This document shows positions 53,101 through 61,935 of a stretch of 64,000 nucleotides of DNA, piece by piece. Positions within the stretch are counted from its first letter, which is position 1; each line of letters starts with the position of its first letter. The position numbers and the translations under genes were made by a program. Source of the stretch: an uncultured Chloroflexia bacterium (GTDB lineage: Bacteria; Chloroflexota; Dehalococcoidia; DSTF01; JALHUB01); the NCBI GenBank assembly GCA_963703345.1, contig OY969814.1:512001-576000 (forward strand), in the 5' to 3' direction. A model generated the notes under the pieces. The model was not told where the DNA came from. It saw nothing but the letters and a program-made list of their open reading frames with translations, and made no database searches.

Positions 53101-53430
53101 CTCCTCCCGAATGACCTCGCCGGTGTTGAGCCCAATGCGCACACGTACGGCCCGCTCAGGGTCCTGCCGGTTGCGTCCTGCTATCGCCCTCTGGATATCG
53201 ACCGCGCAGGCGACAGCCCTTCGCGCGGAGGTGAAGGCGACCATTAGGCCATCGCCGGTGTGCTTGACCTCTTGCCCGCGATGCCGGGTGACCTGCTGGC
53301 GGACCAGCTCATCACAGGCGCGCAGCACCTCACGGGCGGCGTCGTCACCGAGCCGTGTCGCGAGGTCAGTGGAGCCTTCGCAATCCGTGAAGAGGACTGT
53401 GACTGTGCCTTCAGGGATCTCGTGTGCCAT
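50143..53430 (-). CDS. Class III cyclase + STAND-type ATPase + TPR-like protein
   Basis: FTDCEGST, VNAAARI, GEPGVGKT, DDLHWAD, GNPFFVEE. Confidence 0.9.
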   Translation of the reverse strand: MAHEIPEGTVTVLFTDCEGSTDLATRLGDDAAREVLRACDELVRQQVTRHRGQEVKHTGDGLMVAFTSARRAVACAVDIQRAIAGRNRQDPERAVRVRIGLNTGEVIREETDLFGATVNAAARIADHADAGEILISETAKGVLGEATKVELEDRGEVELKGFPRPMRLHRVSWEEEAIGPAGLRLPERTPFVGREAERAELRRCLDQVTRGRGALVLIGGEPGVGKTRLAEELLLEARQRGVLALTGHCYEMEGAPPYIPFVETLEGTARIVPGEAFREALGDAAPEVAKLMPELRRLFPDIPPPLELPPEQERRYLFNSFQEFLERAARVQPILLVLDDLHWADDSTLLLMQHIAQQVSQMPLMILGTYRDVELDVGHPLARALEELLRQRLAHRIALRRLPEAGVAAMLEALSGQEPPASLVQAVYGETEGNPFFVEEVFQHLAEEGKLFDAQGRWHPGLRVSELNVPEGVRLVIGRRLERVCEDCRRVLTVAAVIGRSFSFELLDALGDVGTDALLDAIDEAERAHLITSTADGPEARFSFAHELIRQTLVSSLSLPRRQRRHLRVAEAMERLYARTLEEHATDLAHHFYQAGAAADPEKTARYLTVAGKRAMEAAAFEDALRHYDDALSLQPADDQRGRADLLYKRGLALRSLGRWEEAMADWREALAAYDELGNAEAAGHVSFALALQLAYSGKLAESLEIGRRGLAALGERVSADRCRLLAHTGSHLSLSGDYSAGASLLDEALTMAETLGDQRLLGQVLGYKTVHHGWHLQPLDAVNAGLRAADILRQTGDLGSLTDISWNTQYALLYLGRLTEAAEIGREVEPLATRLGYLGALLSVRRGIVNGQFMVTGDIKRFEEYAKADLELCRRTGSNAISNAYTYLGDVHFWRGEWGQALAQYQEAANLEPPGVLAGYDWGALFLGEAYVGDRDSAFAVLEQSREKLPRPGRANVIGAWAMLFAAVEGLTVLGEREKAAKLYPLVLEAVDTGAVVLWYSPLLHAVAGMAAAAGEHWEKAEEHYQTALRQAHELPHVIQQPEVRRWYARMLIDRDAPGDCEKARELLTEAIAMYRRIGMPKHVEMAEALLARP

Positions 53431-53569
53431 CGTAGCCACCCGCAGCTCTGGATGACGCAATGTTACTGCGTTTGCTAACGATGTCAAGAGGATAGGTTCC
53501 TCTTCGCAGCGGAAGAGGATGTGACGATGCACCCTTAGTGTCACCGATGCGAGAGGGCAGCGCCCTCTC

Positions 53570-54589
53570 TTGACACCCACCGGGCCACAACCGGCGAATG
53601 CGGCGTTCCGAGGCGCGAACGGGAGGATCACGTTTCAGAGTGACCGCGATGGTGCGACGTACGAGATTCATAAGATGAACACTGATGGCAGTGGCCAAAC
53701 GCGGCTGACGAACAATACGGCAAACGATACTTCACCTTCTTGGTCGCCGGATGGCTTGCAGATCGTGTTCGATAGCACCCGGGACGGTGCCACTTACGAG
53801 ATCTACAAGATGAACTCCGACGGTACGGCACAGACACGTCTCACCAACAACGCCGCCAACGATCTGTAGCCAGCCTGGTCGCCGGACGGCTTGAAGATCG
53901 CGTTCGCCAGCGGGGATGGTGTCACGTACGATATCTACAAGATGAACGCCGACGGCAGCGGCCGGACGCGGCTGACCAACGATAGTGCTATCAACACAGC
54001 ACCGGACTGGTCGCCCGATGGCTTGAAGATCGCGTTCGGCAGCGACCGGCAGGGGAACCGCGACATCTATGTGATGAATGCTGACGGCAGCGGCGAGACG
54101 CGGCTGACCAACGATAGTGCTATCAACACAGCACCGGACTGGTCGCCCGATGGCTTGAAGATCGCGTTCGGCAGCGACCGGCAGGGGAACCGCGACATCT
54201 ATGTGATGAATGCTGACGGCAGCGGCGAGACGCGGCTGACCAACAGCGGCGCCGTCAATGCCAATCCTGCCTGGTCTCCCGACGGACATCGTATCGCCTT
54301 CTCCTCCAGCAACCAGGTCTACGTTATGAATGCTGATGGTACCGGCCAGACACGGCTGACCAACGACTCAGCAGACGATCTGTCCCCCGATTGGCAGCCG
54401 CTGTCGGTTGTGGGTGGCGTCGCGGAGCCTCCCGACGTAGCCAGCACCTCCGTTGAACAGGCTGGAGCGCCTGAGGGACGTTCTGGCCGGTCGGCTGGCG
54501 AATACGCGGCTCTGGCTGGCGGCGCGACCGGGCTGGTCATGGCGGCGGGCATCAGCGTTTGGCACGTCAGGAAGCGCTCAAGCCGATAA
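53570..54589 (+). pseudogene. TolB-like (PD40) beta-propeller with GG-sorting-like tail; in-frame TAG at 53867-53869 and no signal peptide
   Basis: PxWSPDG repeats continue in frame across NDL*PAWSPDG; tail VGGVAEPPD-TM-WHVRKR. Confidence 0.8.
53965..54244 (+). repeat. Perfect 132-bp tandem repeat (about 2.1 units)
   Basis: Units start at 53965, 54097, 54229; one 44-aa propeller blade each. Confidence 0.92.
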
Positions 54590-54842
54590 GTTGACGACGC
54601 GCCGTTGCGTTGAGTAAGTCGTCCGAAGTGATCGGCTGGGTCGCTCAGGGCAGCGGTCTCGCCAGGATCACGGGATCACCGATGCCATCACCACGGAAAC
54701 ACGATGACTGTTCTGGAGACCCTGCGGTGCGCCGCAGCCGTGCGACACCACGCTGCTGTCTTTTCTCACTACGGGTCTCGTAGTACTATCCCCGCAAACC
54801 ATTCGGGCTCGGACGAACCTTATTGACGCGTAGAGACAGAAC

Positions 54843-56300
54843 ATGAGTATCGACTTCAAATCCGCAGGCCGCGTCGCCCTCATTGCTGGCCTCCTGCTAC
54901 TGATGGCAGCTTGCGGCGGCAACGAGAAGGCTTCTCCCGCCGCGAGCGAGACGTCGCAGCCGGAAGGCATCCACAAGATCCAGCACGTCGTCATGATCAT
55001 GCAGGAGAACCGCAGCTTCGACCACTACTTCGGGACGTTCCCCGGCGCGGAGGGCATACCGATGAAGGACGGCGTTCCCACCGTATGCGTGCCCGATCCT
55101 CGCACCAACCAATGCGTGAAGCCTTACCACGACCCCGACGACCTGAACTACGGCGGACCCCACGAGGCAAGCGCTGCCGTCGCGGACATCGACGGCGGGA
55201 AGATGGACGGCTTCATCGGCCAGCAGATAATAGGCGGGACCGGCGGCGCCTGCGTCATCTTTCCCAACAACCCGAACTGCGGCGTCACCCCTGCCACGCC
55301 GGACGTGATGGGCTACCACGACGCCCGCGAGATTCCCAACTATTGGACGTACGCCGAGCAATTCGTCCTCCAGGACCACATGTTTGAACCCAATGCGTCC
55401 TGGAGTCTGCCCGCTCATCTCTTCATGGTGTCGGAGTGGTCGGCTCAGTGCAGCCGGGCGGACGATCCTGCCAGCTGCGTCAACGCGATGAACGTGCCTG
55501 ACTACCCGCCGGACCTCCACGTCGGTCTCCGACCCGACGGCTCCGTGCCGCGGGCCGACTACGCCTGGACCGACCTGACATATCTGCTCCACAAGTCGAA
55601 CGTGCCCTGGGCCTACTACGTTGCGGAGGGCACGGAGCCCGACTGTGAGGATGACGAGATGGCCTGCATTCCAAAGCCTCAGAGCGCCGGCACGCCGGGC
55701 ATCTGGAATCCGCTGCCCTGGTTCGACACCGTGCGCGAGGACGGAGAACTAGGGAATATCCAGACGCTCGGCAACTTCTACGACGCAGCCAGGAATGGTA
55801 CGTTGCCGGCTGTCTCCTGGATTACCCCTGATGGCAACGCGAGCGAGCACCCGCCGGCGCTGGTCAGCGATGGCCAGGCCTACGTCACGGGCCTGATCAA
55901 CGCCATCATGCAGGGTCCGGACTGGGACAGCACGGCGATCTTCCTGGCATGGGACGACTGGGGTGGTTTCTACGACCATGTGCTTCCGCCTAGCGTGGAC
56001 GAGAATGGCTACGGTCTTCGCGTCCCGGGGCTGGTCATAAGCCCCTATGCGAAGAAGGGCTATATTGACCATCAGACGCTCAGCTTCGACGCCTACGTCA
56101 AATTCATTGAAGACCTATTCCTCGGCGGGCAGCGAATCGACCCGGCAACCGACGGTCGCGCCGACCCGCGCCCCGACGTCCGCGAGAACGCGCCGATACT
56201 TGGGGACCTTCTGCAAGACTTCGATTTCTCGCAGTCGCCGCGCCCGCTCTTAATCCTGCCTGAGCATCCGCCCCCAAGTCCGGCCTCGGTGGGGCCTTGA
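54843..56300 (+). CDS. Phosphoesterase / phospholipase C family lipoprotein
   Basis: Lipobox-like LMAAC; [31 protein letters not shown]. Confidence 0.9.
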   Translation: MSIDFKSAGRVALIAGLLLLMAACGGNEKASPAASETSQPEGIHKIQHVVMIMQENRSFDHYFGTFPGAEGIPMKDGVPTVCVPDPRTNQCVKPYHDPDDLNYGGPHEASAAVADIDGGKMDGFIGQQIIGGTGGACVIFPNNPNCGVTPATPDVMGYHDAREIPNYWTYAEQFVLQDHMFEPNASWSLPAHLFMVSEWSAQCSRADDPASCVNAMNVPDYPPDLHVGLRPDGSVPRADYAWTDLTYLLHKSNVPWAYYVAEGTEPDCEDDEMACIPKPQSAGTPGIWNPLPWFDTVREDGELGNIQTLGNFYDAARNGTLPAVSWITPDGNASEHPPALVSDGQAYVTGLINAIMQGPDWDSTAIFLAWDDWGGFYDHVLPPSVDENGYGLRVPGLVISPYAKKGYIDHQTLSFDAYVKFIEDLFLGGQRIDPATDGRADPRPDVRENAPILGDLLQDFDFSQSPRPLLILPEHPPPSPASVGP

Positions 56301-56378
56301 CGCTGGGCGCCGATTCGAAAGCGACGAAGGAGCACCAATCGAGCGCTCCTTCCCCATTTCAGATTCAGAAAAGCCGTC

Positions 56379-56427
56379 TGGAGGGCCGTGAGGGATTCGA
56401 ACCCTCGACTCCCGGATTAAAAGTCCG
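56379..56427 (-). mobile_element. att-like 3' half of tRNA-Lys(TTT), copy 1
   Basis: GACTTTTAATCCGGGAGTCGAGGGTTCGAATCCCTCACGGCCCTCCA; no D-arm or 5' acceptor strand. Confidence 0.88.
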
Positions 56428-56634
56428 TTCGCCGTTCGGCCCGCACCCGGCGCTGCTCGCCGAATCTGCGGGAAGGGTCAGATGGCGCTCTGCGAGGTCG
56501 AATCCTGCGGTCTTGCCCGTGTGACATCTGACGACCGGATTGTACGCAGCAGCGAGGTGAAGCCGCAAGGCGCGCTTCTACTGCGGTGCCAGCCGCTACC
56601 AGGGAGGCTTCTCGAGGTGTAGAATAGGCTCCTT

Positions 56635-56808
56635 ATGGAGCCGCGCATACAGTACGCTAAGACCACCGACGGCGTGAGCATCGCCTTCTGGACGATGGGA
56701 GAAGGCACGCCCTGCGTGCACATGCCAAATCTTCCATACAGCCACATCCGACTGGAGTGGCAAGACCCCGGCTGGCGCCGCTGGTATGAGCGGCTGGCCG
56801 ACAAGAGG
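56635..56808 (+). pseudogene. N-terminal fragment of hydrolase-cyclase fusion
   Basis: MEPRIQYAKTTDGVSIAF...LEW resembles MEQHIRFCTSSDGTRIAY...YEW of 48645-50021. Confidence 0.75.
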
Positions 56809-56829
56809 AATTCGTTCTCGTTCTCGTGT

Positions 56830-56906
56830 GCGCTCGTAGCTCGGCTGGATAGGGCGCAGCCCTGCGGAGGCTGAGGTCATGGGTTCGAATCCCGCCGAGC
56901 GCGCCA
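56830..56906 (+). tRNA. tRNA-Arg(GCG), possibly degenerate
   Basis: GCGCTCG/CGAGCGC acceptor, CAGCC-CTGCGGA-GGCTG anticodon arm, GGTTCGAATCC, encoded CCA; G14 and an A-C mismatch in the T-stem. Confidence 0.85.
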
Positions 56907-57026
56907 CCTTCGCCCACAATCACCAAGAGCGGCAGGAGCCTTGCCCACGTGGGTCGGCGACCTGCCGTTAAGCCCCTATGGGGTCGTCTCCTGAGGAGAC
57001 GATGGGGGACAGGCAAGGAGGTTTCG

Positions 57027-57326
57027 ATGCGAAAGGTGACACTGCTCTACTGGATAGTGGTAGGCGCGTTCCTAGCGTTCGCGCTGGAGGTCTTCTCCGG
57101 CTTCGTCCTCTGGTTGGCCTTCGAGACCGGCCCCGGCTTTGGCGGACGGCGCGGTCTTGCCGGCGTTGAACCGCCCGGTCGGCAGGAGTTCATGCTCATC
57201 AGCCGCCAGAACTGGCTCAATATCCACGACTGGACGGCGGTGGCGCTGATGGTCATCGTTCTCTTTCACTTGATACTCCACTGGCGGTGGATAGTGAACA
57301 CCAGCCGCCGTCTCTTGGCCGGCTAG
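57027..57326 (+). CDS. DUF4405-like membrane protein
   Basis: SGFVLW, WLNIHDW, HLILHWRWI; SD AAGGAGG. Confidence 0.82.
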   Translation: MRKVTLLYWIVVGAFLAFALEVFSGFVLWLAFETGPGFGGRRGLAGVEPPGRQEFMLISRQNWLNIHDWTAVALMVIVLFHLILHWRWIVNTSRRLLAG

Positions 57327-57337
57327 GGGAAGGTGGT

Positions 57338-57685
57338 GGGGATGGCGTCATGGCCGCCTTCACCTCAGCTCGCCACGCCATCGGGTGCGCTCTCCGCTGC
57401 AATGCGGTGACGGAAGGGACTGGGCTCCAGTTGCATCTTGGCATCCACGCCGGTGACGTCATTCGCGAGGGGAACAACGTCTACGGCGGAGCGGTCAACA
57501 TCGCGGCCCGTATAGCAGGGTCTTCCGCTCCCGGCGAAATCCTGGCATCCGACATCGTGCGCGGTCTGGCTCGCACCTCTGCCAGCGTGTCGTTTGATGA
57601 CCGTGGGGAGCACGTACTAAAGGGTGTTGGTGAGCCGCAGCGGCTGTACGAGGTGCAATGGCACCCCGCATTGGACGAGCCGTGA
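57338..57685 (+). pseudogene. C-terminal class III cyclase fragment
   Basis: GDGVMAAF, GIHAGD, VNIAARI, LKGV; lacks the FTD motif. Confidence 0.8.
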
Positions 57686-57838
57686 GGAAGCGATGACGGC
57701 AGCCCATAGCGGCCGACTGGACGTTCTATGCGCCAGAGTGTCGTTATTCTGTCCGAATCCGGGGCCAGTCGACCGTGTATGATTACGGTTATCCACGGGT
57801 TCAGAGGGCTCGACGGTTCAGATTGGGAAAAACCGCCT

Positions 57839-57887
57839 TGGGTTGCGCGAGCGATTCGAGCCCCTGACTCCCGGATTGGAATTCCGG
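57839..57887 (-). repeat. Degenerate tRNA-Lys 3' fragment
   Basis: Plus strand GATTCGAGCCCCTGACTCCCGGATT versus GATTCGAACCCTCGACTCCCGGATT. Confidence 0.6.
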
Positions 57888-58100
57888 CGGTCAAGTGAGA
57901 GAGACCGCCGAAGAATAGACCAGCTACTGGATGCCCCAATCGTATCTGGCCGGCGCTTTCCGAAGATCAACACTCCAATAATTAGGGTGTTATAATCGTC
58001 GAATCCGGCGGTCACGGTTGGCTTTTTGGGGCAGGATTTGAGACGTGGGCTACGAGGAGGTCGCCCCTGAGGAGGGTTTTTGAACCTGGCGAGAGGCTTT

Positions 58101-58147
58101 TGGAGGGCCGTGAGGGATTCGAACCCTCGACTCCCGGATTAAAAGTC
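58101..58147 (-). mobile_element. att-like 3' half of tRNA-Lys(TTT), copy 2
   Basis: 47/47 identical to 56379-56425; 5' half absent. Confidence 0.88.
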
Positions 58148-58433
58148 AGAGCCTGTACCGCCGGACCTTCAGCTCCGCCCGCAGATTCGAATTCCGCCGT
58201 TTTAGCCGCCTGGCCAGACCGGATTCTCGTCGAGTCCAGTGCTCAGGTTCAGGTGCCCTCCGGAGTACCGGATTCGACGCAGCAATTGTACGCGAATCTT
58301 CCCACTACTTCAACGATGACTCCGGTGCTCACGTTGGAGCGGTTAGCGAAGAGAGTACCGACCGGAGAGACAGTATCCGTGTCTCTCCAAGCAACTCGGG
58401 CAGGGGCGATGCCAGGTGGGGGGCAGGCCAAGG

Positions 58434-58919
58434 CTATGCCGACCTCTTCCCGTCAGCACTGGGGGCGCTGACGGCCGCTAGCTCACCCGCGATCCTGCCG
58501 GCAGCAGCCGGCAGAGCCCTCTCCACCTCCGGTGTGAACTGCTCGCCGAATGTGTAGGGGTCCTTGACGGCGACCACATATATGAGGAGCTCCTGCGGCA
58601 GCGGCAAGGACAGCTGGCGGGCCAGCTCCAGGGCCAGACGCAGGTTAACGCCGTGGCTTAGCCAGGCGCAACTCCCGCCCAACTCGTCTTCTCGCAGCCG
58701 GCGCACCTGACCGACTGCACTCCCATCACAGATGCTGTCGATGATGACGCCCCGATCGTAGTGAGTCAGAAGCTGAACGGTCTTGAGGCCTGCAACAGCC
58801 GCCTCTACCAGGTCTGCCCTGGGATCGCCGAGCAACTCATGAACACGCCGCGCCACCGAGAGGCCGGTGGCGTCGTCGGAGAGGATGGGGTTGCCCAGTC
58901 CCAGGATCAGTGTTTTCGT
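58434..58919 (-). CDS. Hydrogenase maturation protease (ACG start inferred)
   Basis: (M)KTLILGLGNPILSDD, IIDS, SHG. Confidence 0.85.
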   Translation of the reverse strand, partial: TKTLILGLGNPILSDDATGLSVARRVHELLGDPRADLVEAAVAGLKTVQLLTHYDRGVIIDSICDGSAVGQVRRLREDELGGSCAWLSHGVNLRLALELARQLSLPLPQELLIYVVAVKDPYTFGEQFTPEVERALPAAAGRIAGELAAVSAPSADGKRSA

Positions 58920-58920
58920 T

Positions 58921-60408
58921 CTAGTCTCTCCGCAGTTCCTGAACTATCTTCCCCTGAGCATCGTAAATGTTCACTATGAGGGGCATCTCGCCGGGCAATG
59001 CGTGCGTGGCGCAGCCGAAGCAGGGGTCGTACGCGCGGAACGCCATTTCGATGCGGTTGAGGAGCCCCTCGGTGACCACCGTCCCCTTCTTGATCAGCCC
59101 CTGGCTGGCTTTCTTCACCGACATCGCGATGGCACCGTAGTTGTGAGCGGTGCCAACGATGAGGTTGACCTTGCGGGCGACCCCTCTCTCGTCGGCGTGG
59201 TAGTGGTGGATGAGAACACCGCGCGGCGCCTCGACTACGCCTACGCCCTCGCCTGGCGTGGCGGAAGGGATGGTACGAACGTCTGGGCTGGTGATCTCCG
59301 GGTCTGTGGCCAGTTCCACCATGCGCTCGGCGGCGTAGACGAGTTCGACGAGGCGGGCCCAGTGCGTCGCCAAGGTAGCGTGCACCGGCTTGCCCCCCAG
59401 GGTCGCGTACATGCGCTCGTACTCGGCCTGGGCAAGGGGGGTGGCCATCCCATCGGCGGCGTTGAGACGGGCCAAGGGCGCTACGCGGTAGATGCCACTG
59501 TCCTTGCCGTCAACGAGCCCCTGCCAGCCCAGCTTCTTCAAGTAGGTGAACTTGAGGTAGGTCCACGGTTCCACGTGCTCGGCTATGTGCTCCAGGTACT
59601 CCGACGGGTCGAACTTGAGGAACTCCTTCCCCTCCGGGTCCACCACCCGCAGCATGCCGTCGTAGAAGTTCGCTTTGTTGTCGGCGTCCACCAGGCCCAT
59701 GTAGTAGGTCTTGTGGGTGAAGGTATCGGATAGGATCATGTCAAGGTAGGTCTTGTTGGCCAACACCACGTCATCGAGGATCTTGAGAGAGAGCTTGCCG
59801 AATTCCACCGCCGAGCGGGCGATCCCCTCGATCTTGGCCCGCTCCTCCTCAGTGATGGGCTTGCTGACTCCGCCGGGAAGGCCGCAGACTGGGTGAATGT
59901 ACTTCCCCCCGATCATCGCCACCACTTCGTGGCAGAGCGCGAGGTGCTTCAGCACCTCGCCTCCGATCTCCAGGCCTACCTTTTGCACCACGCCGATGAT
60001 GTTTCGCTCAGCCGGAGGAGCGTCAGGACCTACCACAAAGTCAGGACCGCTCAGAGCATAGAAGTGCGTGGCGTGGTCGGCCACGAAGAAGGCGCTATAC
60101 AAGAGCTCTCGGAGCTTCTTGGCCGCCGGAGGGGGGTCTACCTTGAAGACGGCATCCAGAGTCTTGGCGGAGGCGATGTGGTGAGCCGACGGGCACACGC
60201 CGCAGATGCGCGAGGTGATGATCGGCAGGTCTTCGATCTGCCGGCCCTCGCAGAACTTCTCGAATCCCCTCAACTCAGGTACCTGAAAGTAGGCGTTTTC
60301 CACATCCCCCTCCTTGTCGAGGAAGATATCGATGCGGCCATGGCCTTCAAGGCGAGTGATCGGTTCGATGACTATGCGTCTTGTGGTGGGTTCGGAATCA
60401 GTGCTCAT
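58921..60408 (-). CDS. mvhA: [NiFe] hydrogenase large subunit, group 3c type
   Basis: TRLEGHG, RICGVC, EAPRG, YDPCFGCATH plus C-terminal extension. Confidence 0.93.
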   Translation of the reverse strand: MSTDSEPTTRRIVIEPITRLEGHGRIDIFLDKEGDVENAYFQVPELRGFEKFCEGRQIEDLPIITSRICGVCPSAHHIASAKTLDAVFKVDPPPAAKKLRELLYSAFFVADHATHFYALSGPDFVVGPDAPPAERNIIGVVQKVGLEIGGEVLKHLALCHEVVAMIGGKYIHPVCGLPGGVSKPITEEERAKIEGIARSAVEFGKLSLKILDDVVLANKTYLDMILSDTFTHKTYYMGLVDADNKANFYDGMLRVVDPEGKEFLKFDPSEYLEHIAEHVEPWTYLKFTYLKKLGWQGLVDGKDSGIYRVAPLARLNAADGMATPLAQAEYERMYATLGGKPVHATLATHWARLVELVYAAERMVELATDPEITSPDVRTIPSATPGEGVGVVEAPRGVLIHHYHADERGVARKVNLIVGTAHNYGAIAMSVKKASQGLIKKGTVVTEGLLNRIEMAFRAYDPCFGCATHALPGEMPLIVNIYDAQGKIVQELRRD

Positions 60409-60452
60409 AGTACCCCTTGCGTCATGACCGACAGAACGCGCTGAGCTCTTGC

Positions 60453-61448
60453 TTATTCAGCCGTTGCCCTGTCAAAAGAAAGGCTCTCAGTCTGACGGAC
60501 CCGTCGCAGCATTGACGCCGGCAGGCCGAAGAGATAGCAGACCCCTAGGAGATCAGGGAGTGTACTCGCTACCCGCTCGATCTCGTCCGGATCCTGAGTA
60601 TCGACGATAGAAGCCAGGGCGCTGAGAAGCTTTCCGCCCTGATCGATCACATTCGGCGGGGGCCCGTAGCAGCCCCGACACGGCATGTTGACCGAAGTGC
60701 AGGGCGCGCCACAGCCGCCCCGCGTGGCCGGGCCGGCGCAGACGATGCCTTGCTCCAGCAGGCAACGCGTCGGGTCCGGCACGATCTCATACGGCCGGTG
60801 GAAGCCCTTGATTCGCTTGTCTTCCTTAATGCGACCGCAGTCGTAGCAGACTGTCCTCTCGGACGCTCCCACGACCGAGCCCGGGGGAGGCAACTGGCCT
60901 GCCATCACGGCTTGCAACACCGCCCAGATTTGCTCCTTCACAGGCGGACAGCCCGGCACGAAGTACTCTACAGGCACCACCTGGTTCAGCGTCCGGACGG
61001 TGTCGTAGAACTCGGGCAGCGTAAGCTCTCCCTCGGGCATCTGATAGCTGAGCTGGGGACGGACGCCGTTTTCGTTGTCTGTGGACGCCGTGTCTCGGTA
61101 GACAAGGTCGAGGATGGACTCCCGGTTGGCGACGTTGGCCAGGCCCGGGATGCCGCCCGTGTGGGCGCAGGCGCCGAAAGCGACTAGCGCCTTCGACTTC
61201 TCTCTTAGCAGGTGCGCCAAGTGCTCCTGCTCAGAGTTTCTGATCGCCCCGTTGAACAGGCAGAGGTCGATGCTCTTGTCCGGCAGCGCCTCCACGTCCT
61301 TGTACTTGAAGTCCATGATGCAGGGCCAGAGAACGATGTCGAAGGCCTCGGCTACGTCCAGGATCTTAGCGTACAGCTCGACGACCGCGATCTCGCAGCC
61401 GCCACAGCTGGCGGCCCAGTACAGAGCTAGTTTCGGCTTCTGACCCAT
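60453..61448 (-). CDS. mvhG: [NiFe] hydrogenase small subunit
   Basis: SCGGCE, GACA, PGCPP, CRGCYG. Confidence 0.92.
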   Translation of the reverse strand: MGQKPKLALYWAASCGGCEIAVVELYAKILDVAEAFDIVLWPCIMDFKYKDVEALPDKSIDLCLFNGAIRNSEQEHLAHLLREKSKALVAFGACAHTGGIPGLANVANRESILDLVYRDTASTDNENGVRPQLSYQMPEGELTLPEFYDTVRTLNQVVPVEYFVPGCPPVKEQIWAVLQAVMAGQLPPPGSVVGASERTVCYDCGRIKEDKRIKGFHRPYEIVPDPTRCLLEQGIVCAGPATRGGCGAPCTSVNMPCRGCYGPPPNVIDQGGKLLSALASIVDTQDPDEIERVASTLPDLLGVCYLFGLPASMLRRVRQTESLSFDRATAE

Positions 61449-61466
61449 GACAACCCCCAGGCTTGG

Positions 61467-61907
61467 CTAACGCTGCTCGCTCACTGCTGTTTTCGCATCC
61501 TTCTTTAGCGGGCCCAGTTCCTTTATGGTCTTCGTGAAGTCTGCCACGACCTCGGCAAACCTGGCCCCTTCAGATGCCGAAACCCATTCCAGTCTCAGCC
61601 TCTCGGGCTCGATCCCGAAATCGCTGAGCATCTTTCTCAGCATGTGAATCCTTCTTTGTGCCTTGTAGTTTCCTTCCATATAGTGGCAATCACCCGGGTG
61701 GCAACCCCCGATCAGCACACCATCCACACCCCTAGAGAAGGCCTTCAGAATGAAGGTCGGATCGACCCTGCCACTGCACATCACTCTTATCATCCTCAGG
61801 TTGGGCGGATACTGGATTCTAGAGGTGCCTGCAAGGTCCGCGCCCGCATAGGTGCACCAGTTACAGGCAAAGCCAAGTATCAGGGGCTCAAACCCGTTCC
61901 TATCCAT
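61467..61907 (-). CDS. mvhD: Hydrogenase iron-sulfur delta subunit
   Basis: FACNWCTYAGAD, MCSGRVD, GCHPGDCHY, WVSASEG. Confidence 0.95.
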   Translation of the reverse strand: MDRNGFEPLILGFACNWCTYAGADLAGTSRIQYPPNLRMIRVMCSGRVDPTFILKAFSRGVDGVLIGGCHPGDCHYMEGNYKAQRRIHMLRKMLSDFGIEPERLRLEWVSASEGARFAEVVADFTKTIKELGPLKKDAKTAVSEQR

Positions 61908-61935
61908 TGTCAGATCCTCTTCTCATATGCTTTCG

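Noticed and set aside
53867-53869. Pyrrolysine or amber recoding
   Set aside because: TAG ends many core genes here (rho, tal, pyrG), no pyl genes are visible, and the gene is otherwise damaged
53620-54400. CRISPR array
   Set aside because: These are coding PD40 tandem repeats without spacers; the RCC1 repeats are likewise coding; no cas genes
56379-58147. Intact tRNA-Lys genes
   Set aside because: 5' halves are absent in all copies
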